Part shown: one piece after another, positions 12,480 through 24,900 of the stretch
Numbering within the stretch: position 1 is the first letter of the stretch
Layout: every line of letters begins with the position of its first letter
Origin: Hormiphora californensis
Taxonomy: Eukaryota; Animalia; Ctenophora
DNA: 64,000 bases
Reading direction: 5' to 3'
Assembly (NCBI GenBank): GCA_020137815.1
Contig: CM035359.1
Coordinates: 3,968,001 to 4,032,000 of the forward strand
Position numbers and translations under genes: made by a program
The notes under the pieces: model-generated
Told to the model about the DNA's origin: nothing
What the model saw: the letters and a program-made list of their open reading frames with translations, nothing else
The model's database searches: none

Positions 12480-15400
12480 ATTGTGCCCCACATTCTATTC
12501 ACTCCCGTGCCCTATTTACACGTGTCTCACTACTTATGCAAATTACCCATCCAGCTGAGAAACAATTAACATTGTACATCTGGCACCTCTTATCCCAAGT
12601 TCCAATTAGCCAGTTCTATTGTATGATCCCAGCTTCCCACACGAGTATCTTGATCCTGATGTACGGTGTATAGCTCCTTTTGAGTATGAAAAGGGTATCT
12701 TAATCTTGATGTAACGAGATTCAGAATGCACTGGAATGCACGTGAGAAAACAGAGAATTGTAAGGGAGAAAAGGGGGGGGGACACCGTACACATTCCTCT
12801 GTTTATGACACTTCACATGACACGTTCATTTATTAAACTCAAATCATAAATCATGGGAAAAGAATGGCACTATAGTTAACATTCAACAGACGCTATCTAG
12901 ATCGCTTCAAAGTATCACTAATTTCAGTCAAATATCCCACGTGCAGGTTCAGAGATCACAAAGTTGATATCTGCCCCCAAACCGGGCAGTTCGGAGGAGG
13001 GGGGAGCGGTTAGTGAGGAGAGCGGAATTGAGGAGGATCTGGACTTCCATCACATCAGGTACTTGTCTTCTTCTGACTTGACTTACTGGTTTGGTTACGA
13101 AGTTACCACTCCCTTGCTAGTGCACGAAGGTCGGTTGCGAGGGGTTATTTCGTAACCAACTTACTGGTATAGGTTACGCTATTTATCCCTTAACGTCCTT
13201 GACAAGTATCTGCCTCACTGGGCTCCGTGTTATTTTTCTGCCAAACTCGATTCTTCATTCCTCATGGACTCGTCCACAGCACCTTCTTGCCACCCGTTCC
13301 ATTACGTCCCACAGAGCCCGCCTCATACTGGCTTGAACTAGTATTAGTACCCAACTGATCAGCGTGGCATAAGTTGCACCCGTGAGTAAGCTTAAGAAGA
13401 CGAACTGTACTTCACCTCCCACCCAGTGCTTAAGGCGTAAGAGAAAGGTCGGGAGTATGTCCGAGTTAAACCAGTAAATAATGTTTCCGAAGTTTACTAC
13501 CAAAGCGTAGGAGAAGCAGAATAGATCGACAAAAAGTGTGGAGCAGACTATTCGAAGAGTTAGGGCAATGTTTTCAAGTAGAGCAACGTTACTACCATCA
13601 TCAAGAAGTGGGGAAGTGACCTCAGAATGGTTGTAGCTAAACCGTTGGTAGAGAACACTCAGATAGGCCACCATGGCAACAGAAACCAAGATTATCGTAG
13701 TTTGCAAGAAGATCACTAGAATATCGGCACAAAAATATGCGTAGTCAACTTTTTCTCCGCAAACCTTTTTGATGTAGCATACCCTTATGATGACAGAAAC
13801 AACCAAGGCTCCAATCCAAATACATCTAATTAGGGATTTCAGACGGTGACGTTGGATTTCATCTCTATTGAAAATAGACGAGGGACGGACGATTAATTGA
13901 AGCCTGAAGAGGTAAATGCACAGTAGAAACGCTGGCCGGGCAATAGAAAAGACGTCGCCGATTACCAAAAATACCCAAGAGTTCTTTGCCGCATTTTCTG
14001 TTTTCCAAATGGGAATGATGAACATGATGTCGAGACATTCAATGATGTTTAAAGCACAGATGTGCAGATAAAGGGTCGAGGTGAAGGGGAGGTCGGTCCA
14101 TCGGCGACATCGGGCAAATATTGTCACCACCAGAATAAGGCTGCTTATCAGACCCAGCACGCACATCGTTATGGTTAGGGGTTTGAGAGCATACTGAGCG
14201 AAGGCGCTTCCAGTAGGTGTTACTGATTCCGAGTCGGATATCGTCGCAAAGATATTGTTCATGTTGTACTATAAGATCATAAATCGGGTCGAAAAACTAT
14301 CAAGTTGATGCACTAACGAGGAATGCAAATGTAATATGGATAGATATTATTTAATGCAACTGACGCTTATTAGTCTCGTCTTTCCTTCTCAGTAGCAATA
14401 TTCAAAAAGGCACGATGCATATTATTTTGGTCAAGTACAATTCAACCTAACCTTTACTCTGATCCCCTCAGTACAATTCAGCCTAACCTTTACTCTGATC
14501 CCCTCAGTACAATTCAGCCTAACCTTTACTCTGATCCCCTCAGTACCCCGGAACTGCAGTGCAATTTGAAGAGTAACACTAAGTGTGTGATGTGCGGGCT
14601 GGTGTGTACTGACTACAAGAGCTTCATTGCTCACACCCGAGTTCACACCTTCAGTTACAGGTGAGATACATCACTGATCACACATTCAGTTATTACACAG
14701 ATTACACATCACACCGTCATCTGGTATCGTGTATAGCTGTCCAAACTATTATTTTGCAAAGCGTAGAATACATTACACGTGACCACTGATCAGTAATTCA
14801 GTCATTTTCTTCCTTTTTTCTTTCTCCCCTGGTGGGGCTGGCCAGTGTTGTACCACTATTGGCTGTAAGTGTACCACAGCACCTCCCTCAAGCTCCAACA
14901 GAGCTGCAGCTCGTGTGTTTCCTATAAATTTATCACGTGATACATGGTCACGTGACTCAAGCAGTGCAGGGGATGTACAACGTGCATGTAGGTAGGAGCA
15001 GGTTCTCTCTCTCTCTCTCTCTCTCTCCAATTCTTCAACCTCATATTTTCTTTGAACCAATCATTCCTTCTAGCTAATATCAATGAATATTGTATTTTTC
15101 ATGCCCATATATGGGCATATATGAGAGTCTGACCAACTGATTCCCCCACCAGGTACTCTTGTTACGAGTGCGGCTATGGGACCTCCTCTATGAACGACCT
15201 CCTGATCCACAAGTCTAGGGAACATATTAGTGACATTAGCAAGATCAGCCCGGAGTCTCTGAGAGCCCGTGAGTATTGGAAAATAACAACCTTTTAACTA
15301 TAAAAAGTATGAATATTATGATATAGACCAATCGTTGAATTGAATTCATACTTTCTTTTTATTCTACAACAATGTCAATCAAGCGATTCAAACCAATCGA

Positions 15401-18400
15401 TACTTTTTAGAGTTAAAAGGTTGTCAACAGTGTTAGAAATCCAAGCACAGAATTGAAAAATAGTAGTAGAATAGAGAGAGTTATAATAGAAAGATACAAC
15501 GAAAGATAGAAAGATAGAAAGATAGATAGAAAGATAGAACTCTAACATCACAACCACCACAGGACCTGCAGGGAAGGGTAAAGCAGATGAAAAACAGTCC
15601 GCACTCGACACTCTTGTGAAGTGTCCAGATTGCAGTTTGGAACTACCTATTGACCTGCTACCGGCTCATATGACGTCACTACATAAACCTTACCCCAGAA
15701 CAGTGAGTGTGTGAGGGGGGTCCGGGTCGGGGTCGGACCAGTGAGTGTGTGAGGGGGGGGTCGGAGGCTCGGTAGGGGGTCGTGTCCGCGCCACAAAAGG
15801 GGAGGGAATGAGGGATGCTGAGGTCTGAGGAATTCTTTCAAAGTCATGACTTTTCGTCCGAATTCACACCGATTCCTACAAGCACAATTTGTACTTCTCA
15901 CTGAATACTTTATTTGCTTAAAAATTAAAATGTTTAATAGCAATGCTTATGTGTTTCTCTCGTCATCAATGAGTCTATGATCATTTCTACTCATTTCCCT
16001 CACCATCTTTCACTCTGTCCCACTTTTTCTCTCTCTCCATTTGTTGACACACACTGTGTACGTGGCATCACGTGACTATTGAGCCATGTAACCACGTGAC
16101 TAGTACATTGACACAATCACGTGATAGAGACATGTGACTACTACTGTGACACACACACACCTGGACTAAAACACACATGTGTGTGGACGAACAAACGTAG
16201 TAGCCACCCATAATGTGTGTGTCCTTGGAGTGGTATTTTTAGGTGAAAACATAATTAGAAGAGCCGTGAATAAAATTCAAATGAGCAAAGTTCCAAACAA
16301 GAATTATTGCATTATGTATTCATAATGCGGTGTTTCCCTGCCCCAGATGGGTGTAAAATTGATGACTAAGCTTCAAATTCAGATTTTCCGATGAATTTTG
16401 CACTCTAAGAGCAATTTTTGGCTGATACGATGTTAGTTGCTATGGTAACCAGGGTGGTTGCTATGGTAACCAAGGCAGTTACTATGATAACCAAGACAGT
16501 TGCTTAGGAGACCCTAGTTGGTGACCAAGCGCTTCACCTTTACCCTCAGGCCTCAGTAATCTTAACACTGCAGTCACTTGCAATTATTGTGTGATAGTTT
16601 CAAACTTTTCAACACTACTTTAAACAAATTAATTTGAGTTTGCCGTCAATCGATCCGATAACTGTGTTAGCATCTATTCTCTAATCTTTTAGATCTCTGT
16701 TAGGCCTACTTTAACTTAACTTACGAGTGATATCAGTGAAGATTTGTTGTTGGCCGGCGTGCAACGGGTGTTTTAGGATGACCGTTACGAGTAATTATGA
16801 CATATGTATCACTAAGAGTGATTTTGAAGACGTGTTAGCAGGAGAAGTATTTAGTAATGATTATAAGGGTAGTGATTTGTTAGTGTGTCTAGAGAGAGGT
16901 GACGCTGTTTGTCCGTCGTCTGTCCATAAACCTCAGTTGTGGCACCTTCTCAAAGCCTGCTACAAAATGCTTCCGGCGACGGCACCGTTTTCTGTTCCTG
17001 GAGACCAAGCTGATCTGAGAGAATCGTTTGCAAAGTTACACAAAGATCTGGTCTCAACCATCTCTGCACTAGTAAAACCTGTGGAGAAAGGGAAAGATGA
17101 TGTTGGTAATGGTGAGCCTGAGGAACCGGTTACACCTACGATGAAACACTATGTGAACATTACCACTGGGAACAGCGGAGAAGGAGAATCAGCGTTCTGT
17201 GCTGATAAGTGGAAGAATGTGGTCAAACCAAAGGTGGAAAGTGCTTTGAAGACTATACCGGTAGTGAGATCCAGAGTAAACAGTGACCATACCCGATTAT
17301 ACTTCCCTAATGAGGACCAGATGAAGGAAGCAGAGAAAGTACTGACTCCTCTTGCACAGGATTGTTCAGTGTCATTTTTCTCAGAGGAAACCAAGAAGCT
17401 TGAACCAAAGGTGACGATAAATGACTTGGGCCCCGACCTACTTGAAAAGGAAGCTATCCTGGCGGCGATCTTGGACAAGAATGAGGATATCAGGAAGCTG
17501 TATCATGAGGATAAGAAGTTAAAAGTGGTGTTTGTGAACGAAAGAGACAGGTATGCAGTGATCCAGATGGCTCCAGAGATCCGGCGGCTTTTGTCTAGCA
17601 GTGGGGATAGACTTAACTTGGGTCTTCGGCAACATTTTGTCAAAAACAGGTATCATGTGATTCAATGTTATCACTGCCAAGGATTTGGTCACATGGCGGG
17701 CTCTGTATATTGCCCTCAGAAGGATGATCCTGTATGCTGCTTTTGTGCTGGCACACATCAGACGAAGGATTGTAGAGCGAAGAAGAACAATGAAACAGGC
17801 AAGATGAAGTGTGTGAATTGTGAAGTTGGAGGATCACGAGAGGACAAGAAGTATGCGAAGACCCACACGGCTTCAAGTATGTGGTGCCCTTCGTACATTA
17901 ACGAGCGAGCACGGCTAATGGAGAGGACTTCAGGTGTGAGCAAAGAGGAAAAAAACATGTACTGGACGAGGACCAAAGAGGAACTACTCAGGAAAAGACT
18001 TGGAAGATTGGGACACTAAATGTTCGCTCTCTTGTTAATAAAACTGGAGGTGTTATTTCTCATCTGGAAGAAGAGGATTGTGATATCTGTCTCGTACAGG
18101 AAACCTTTTTGAAGTCTACGGATACTGGGAAACTCCAGGAGATTAGGGATAATGGATGGGATATTTTATCATGTCCACGAGGAGACAGAGGAGGTGGAGG
18201 AATAGGAATTCTTTTTCGGGACGGTATAGTCCTTCGACAGTGCCCAGTGAAGACAAAGTTTAAGTCTTTTCAAGTGCAGGAGGTTCTCATCAGTGACAGA
18301 GATCAACCAAAGAGACTCTGTAATGTTTATCGTCCACCATACACAACTAAGTCAAGACTCACAGAGGCTACATTCCTATCTGAGTTCGGAGACTATCTTT

Positions 18401-21400
18401 CAGAACTTGTTATGAAGCAAGGTACTCCAATTATAGCAGGGGATCTGAACTTTCAGGTGCAGGACAAGAACAACTTCTACTCGAGGAAACTATTGGAGCT
18501 TCTAGATTCATTTGACCTTCAGCAAAGAGTACCACTATTGCCTACTCACCAACTTGGTGGAACCTTAGACCTGGTGATAACTACAAGGGAAACCAATCTA
18601 GGAGATTTAACAATTTGTCCTAATGGTACTACTTCGGACCACTTCCTGGTACAGTTTGGGCTTGAAGTGAGACAGGACCTGTCAAACTCTTGTATGCGGA
18701 AATCAATGTTTCGAGAATACATGGACTACAAGTCAATGGACAAGGAAGGATTCAGAGAGGACCTCCAGAAAGCGGAATTTGAACCAGGCCGGGATCCAGA
18801 GGAGAGTATTGTAAACTTCTATCGTTGGTTGGAAAGTGTAGTGGAAAGGCGAGTTCCGAGGTAACGGGTGAGGACAGGGAAAAAGTTTAAACCGTGGAGA
18901 GATGAGGAACTAAGAGGAATACTACGTAAGAGGAGGAGTGCGGAACGATACTGGAGGAAGCATGGAACTGAGGAAGCGAAACGGAGATTCAATGATTTGA
19001 AGAAGCTCTATGGAAACATGGACAAGGAAAAGAGAGCAGCTTTTGTTAAAGAGGACTTGGATGCGGCAAAAGGGGACCCGAAGAAGCTACAAAGAAAGTT
19101 ACAGAAACTCCTGGGAAAAGCGGAAACTATTCTTCCTGAGACTACCAACAACAAGAACCTGGCTGATGATTTTTCAAAGTTCTTTAGTTCAAAGGTGACC
19201 AAAATTCGGACCCAAGTCAATGAGGAGCAGCAGCAGGCTGGCGATTTTGTGGAATCTGGAAAATCCTGTCATACAACATGGAATGAATTCAAAGAGATAT
19301 CTGAGGAGGAACTTGTTTCATTAGTGAAATCGATGTCCAGCAAGCACTGTGACCTGGACCCGTTGCCCACTTGGGTGGTAAAGGAGTGTATAAGTGATCT
19401 GGCTCCTGCATTAACATCAATAGTCAATCAGTCTCTACATCAGTCTTCGGTCGCAGAATCTCTCCAGGAGGCACTTGTCTTTCCTACCATCAAGAATATG
19501 TATGGAGATCGTGAAGCTCTCAGCAACTATCGTCCTGTTTCGAACATCCCATTTCTGTCTAAGCTTCTTGAGAAGGTAGTTCTCACGCAACTCAATGACT
19601 ACCTGGATCGCAACTCTCTTTTGGGCAAACATCAGTCTGGCTATCGTGTTGGTCACAGTTGTGAAACGCTATTGGCAAGCATGTTCGATGACATTCTAGG
19701 GGAAATGGATAAAGGAAACGTAGTAGCTCTTATCTGTCTAGATATGAGTGCTGCTTTTGATACGGTTGACCATGGAAAGTTGTTGGAGGTGTTGCAGAAA
19801 CGGTTTGGAGTGGATGGTGAACCTCTCCGATGGTTTAAAAGCTATTTGAGTTCCAGATCTTTTAGAGTTTCGGTCGGTGATTGCCTTTCGGAAACCCTTG
19901 CTTTACTTTGTGGAGTCCCTCAAGGGTCCCTCCTTGGTCCTATTTTGTTCCTACTCTACATCGAGGCTGTACAAGATATTGTGGAGCCATATGGACTCCG
20001 GATAAAGTTATATGCAGATGATTCCCAGCTCTACGTGAGTCTGGTTCCTACGGATGCTGCTGGCTGGGTTGAGGCAAAGGTGGATATTGAGGAGTGTCTG
20101 GCGAAGGTGAAGAGGTGGATGGTAGGGCAGTGGTTGAAGTGTAATGAGGCCAAAACGGAATTCATCCTGCTTGGAAAGCGCAGTTCTCTAAGCAAAGTCT
20201 CTTTTGATCCAGTTATTAACTTTGGAGGAACGGAAATCTCCCCCAGTGAATGTAGTGGAACAGATGGTAAAACCCTGGGAATTCTCTTGGATCATAACCT
20301 TGGCCTTGAACGACAGGTTAACAATGTGAGGAAACAGTGTGGACTGATGTTACGAAACCTTTGGCAACTGCACAGGTGTTTTGATATCCCAACAAAGATA
20401 ATGTTGGTCAAACAGTTGATTTTATCGAGGATAGACTACAGTAACATTCTGTATTGTGGACTTCCTGGTCGAGTTCTCAGTGGGCTCCAGAAGCTTCTCA
20501 ATGCCTGTGTTCGTTTTGTATTTAACCTCCACGGACACCAGGACAACTACATGGAGTATTTCAGGCAATGTCATATTTTACCGATCTCCTACAGGTTGGA
20601 CTTCAAAGCATGTTTGATTGCCTACAAAATAGTCAATGGAACAGCCCCGTGTTATCTCCAGGATTTGGTGCCACGTGATGAGACTTGGGGAACCTCTAGG
20701 ACAACGAGGATGACTAATGTTCCGGATCCCTATAGGTTAAAACATCCAAAGATGACCAGTATCAATGCCAACTCTAAGTTGAGACGTAGGAGGTTATCAG
20801 TATTCCTGCCCTCTGTCTGGAATGAGCTTCCTCTTGAGCTCAGGTCAATCCCCAATGTGGATACTTTCAAAACCCGGCTGAAAACACATCTCTTCGTTGG
20901 TGCATTTGGAGTGGGTGATGGGGAACCCATGGCTGAGTTGTAATGTTTGTTGTAGTTGTGGGGCCTGCGGGCAATCAGTGTCATCCTCTCTCTAGCCATG
21001 TTATTAATTCATTACCTAGTATCCTTTTTTCGAGCAGGTGTGAGTATAGTGTGTTTTAATTTATATCTACAGGATTATGGGACCAGTTATTCCCTCAGTT
21101 TTATAAGTCAAGTTTATTTAGTCGTCTATATATTGTTTTTCAACCAGAGCTGTTCGAGTGTGTCATATAAGTAGTCGAGGATATACCGCTCTGATGATTC
21201 GGCGGAACATCGTCAATATTTTGACATGTCTCTGTCGGGTATGGGCGGTATATAAGCGCGGAATATTATTATTATTATTATTTATTATTAGTATTTTCAT
21301 GCTTGGAAGACTTGCTACCACGTCATGGTACGGCTGTAGGGTACCCAAAGTGATTTCAGGTGAAAATAGGAAGTGATACGAGTGAGTAATTGCGCGCCAC

Positions 21401-21896
21401 AATGTGTGTTAATCATTTCCTTTGTTGCATCAACAAAGTGTGAGTTGAAAGATTTATGAAGGAGCAGACTTTGTTGCTATGTGTAACGGTGGACGGACGG
21501 ACGGACGGACATTTTAGTTAACTACACAATCTGCTGATTTCTAAACCCTGAATGATCTTTTTAGCACGTGCGTGCTAAAAACATCATCCGGGTGAATGCC
21601 CTTCGGGCATTCACCCGGGCAGGGAAAAAATTAGAAAAAGAACTAAGTTTTGTGGTTTTGTGTGAATGGAATTTATACTGTCTTCTCTACCTATTATCAT
21701 TTCTCCATCTCTCTCCCTCCTTCTCTCCCGCGATATCCTTCTATCCCTCTCTCGTTCTCCCTCTATATTTCTATCTATTCTCTCTATGGCTCTCCAAACG
21801 CTCGTGCCTGCAGTGATGCCTCCTCCAATCACCCTGCCTGTAGAGAGGAAGGGAGTACCTATAACAGAGCACCCATTGTTTACCAGGGTAATAATT

Positions 21897-21934
<38 letters not shown>

Positions 21935-24900
21935 TCTCCCTCGCTTTCCATGTCACGTGTCATGTATAAACACACACGTGCAAAACATCAGTGACAAATG
22001 AGACGCGACCCCAAACGTGCGGGGGGCAATTCACTACTTACTAGCCCTGGACTAAGAAAAAATGAGAAGATCACACATCAGGAAGCACATATGTGCACAT
22101 GTACCATGATAGCTGTTGTGAGGTCGTTCCTAAATCCAAACAAATGGAACAATAACTGGAACAATCTGGAAAAATGGAATAAAAAGTGGGACGATTGTAT
22201 CGAGACCATACATTATAACAGGCTGTCTAACACTACCCCTTTTTCTTTCAGAGTAAGACCCCAGGAAGAAAACCCAAGTGTACGATGTGTTCAGCTGTGT
22301 TAGAGAGCAAGAACGACATGAATGAACATGTCCACCATCACCAGAAACAACAGGGGCTTTTCCTGGTAAGTTTGTCTGTCTGTCTGTCTGTCTCATGTCT
22401 GTCTGTTTGTTCCTGGTAGGTTTGTCTGTCTGTTCTTGGCTCTTGCGTATATAATATCGAAATGTAAATGATAACATGACTGTTATACTGATGTAGTACA
22501 TTGGCAGTAAATCTACTCGAGATACACACTGTCTGTACCTCGAATAGATACACTTCCCTGGCGCACTCTTCTTTAGTGCTCGGCTTAGGCCGAATACTCG
22601 AGAAATCGATAACAATGATTATCACGTACTTACTTTACTTACTCATATCTGTTATTTACCATTACCAACACTAACTATAACACCTTTTTCAGTGTTTCTT
22701 CTGTCCCCAGTCCTACACCACGGTTACATCCCTCCAGTTACACACATGTAACCAGCATGCCGCACAGGCCTGTAAACGGCAACACCGGTGTGGGGAGTGT
22801 GATAGGGTCTTCAGGTTAGTTCAAATTAATAAGTTAGTAATCAGTCAATCTAAGTTAGTAATCAGTCAATCTAAGTTAGTAATCAGTCAATCTAAGTTAG
22901 TAATCAGTCAATCTAAGTTAGTAATCAGTAAATTCAGGTGAGTTTATCATTCTCAAGTTATTAAGTCCTATTATAGGAACCCCGGGCCTGTTTTCCACTT
23001 TGATTTACTGTTTCTTCCCGTATCGCCCCCAGCTCCTTTACCTAACTATGAGGGATCGGTAACGGGTGACAACTAAAAATTGTTACTAATTTAAAACAGC
23101 TGTAGAATTTTTCCCTTTTGAGATACAGCTTCGGGCCAGTGATAGAACGATTTTTCGGACAATTTTGAATCATGATAACATAACGGCGATGACTAAAACG
23201 TTCATTCTCATAGCGATATCGGATCATTTCCTCTTGCCCCACCAAAGCATATAGTACGGAGATTTGAAATTTCTATGTTATCAGAAACGACCTTCCCGAT
23301 GAGATAGAATTCTCATAATTGGAAGTCTGGTTGTTCATGCTATAACCAACATAACTGCCAAGTTTGAAGATTTTGGCTGATTAGGAAGTTGGGTTTCCAC
23401 GGTCATTAATGTTTCGAGAGATGTCGAAATGGCGATTTCTCAAATTACCTGTAAACTACGCTTTGTTACAGAAGATTCTGATCAGGAATTGAGATTTATG
23501 AAGTTTGAAGCAAAGTTAATTTCGTTCAAAATTGTCTGAAAAATCATTCTATCACTGTCCCGAAGCTGTATTTCGACTAGAACAGGCGCTAGAGGTGCTA
23601 GAAAAACGTGTAGATTTTACGGACTATATACTTTGGTGGGGCAAGAGGAAATGATCCGATATCGCTATGAGAATGAACGTTTTAGTCATCGCCGTTATGT
23701 TTTTCTGATTTAAAATTGCCTGAAAAATCGTTCTATCACTGGCCCGAAGCTGTATCTCAAAAGGGAAAAATTCTACAGCTGTTTTAAATTAGTAACAATT
23801 TTTAGTTGTCACCCGTTAGATCAACCTATTACCTATACCTAACCATGTGTCCTCCCAGTGGTAGTTACCATCTTCTCCGGCACATCAAGACAGTTCACGA
23901 GCAACGTCGTGACTACAAGTGCTCCAAATGTGACAAGAGTTTCGTGGAGCTCCACTGTTTGCGGAGACATATCAGGAATATTCATAATCTAGTCCGAGAT
24001 CATACCTGTCCGGTGAGTCTCTTTCTTTTTGATAATTTAACTCTCTCTCTCCCTTTTTGACAATTTAACTCTCTCTCTCTCTCTCTGATCTCTTTGAAAA
24101 TTTAACGCTCTTGTTTTGACAATTTAACTCTCTCTTCTCGGGCCCAAACCACAACACATCTCCTTACCGACCATTGTCCCAGGTGTGTAAACGAGGGTTC
24201 ACCTACCGACAAGACATGTTCCGTCATATCATGTCTGTTCACCAGAAGATACGAGATATCAAGTGCCCTCTGTGCAGCGAGAAATTCTATCACCGGTTAG
24301 TTCTGTTCTCCCGAATCAGGAAATACTGGTCCCTGATTGGCTGATAACCAGTCACGTGACCTAAATAACGAGTTCTGATTGGTTGTTTACTTGTGTCGGT
24401 CGGTTCCTGCACTGGTTAGTTCTGTCTTAGAGCCTCTCACACCCAGGACTTGTCCTCACCCCTTCCCGCAGTGTCCTCACCCCTTTCTAGTCTTAGAACC
24501 TTGAGAAATGAGAGCCAGGGCCTGGTATAATACATTGCTCCAGAGCAAAGCAGGCGTAGGGTACTTGCTAGGTCATTACATATAGACCATGTAGGCCGTG
24601 GTATGCTCTCTCTCGCTCTCCCCTTCCCTCTGTCAGAGAAAGAGAGAGCAAGTAATTCTCAGCAGGGGATCTGCACTCGGCTCGTGCCCTCAATTTGTCG
24701 CTTGTTCACGTGCCTGTTGCTGCTCTCTCTCTGAGGTCGTGCTGCTGCTCTCTCTGCAACCACTAACCCCTGCTGCTGCTCTCTCTCTCTGCAACCACCA
24801 ACCCCTGATGCTCTCTCTCTCTGCAACCACCAACCCCTGATGCTCTCTCTCTCTGCAACCACCAACCCCTGATGCAAGCAGTATGCAAGAGAGAGATTCA

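Larger units (their letters stand above)
16571..21290 (+). mobile_element. Near full-length L2-clade (CR1 group) LINE
   Basis: ORF1 with CCHC knuckles, ORF2 with APE endonuclease and RT, C-terminal WNELP..FKTRLKTHLF, and 3' end GCGGTATATAAG..(TTA)n. The 5' boundary (CAGTCACT) is inferred. Confidence 0.9.
16295..21630 (-). mobile_element. HINE/DINE-like element, copy 2, split by the LINE insertion
   Basis: 5' hairpin end at ~21585-21630, (GTCC)n microsatellite at ~21490-21510 (read on the minus strand), and 3' subterminal match plus stem-loop at 16295-16344. Confidence 0.65.

Noticed and set aside
18862-18867. Programmed readthrough of the TAA inside LINE ORF2
   Set aside because: TAA is the least leaky stop and lies in a Lys/Arg-rich linker. 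A single nonsense change (e.g. AAA to TAA) is simpler; other copies would be needed to settle it.
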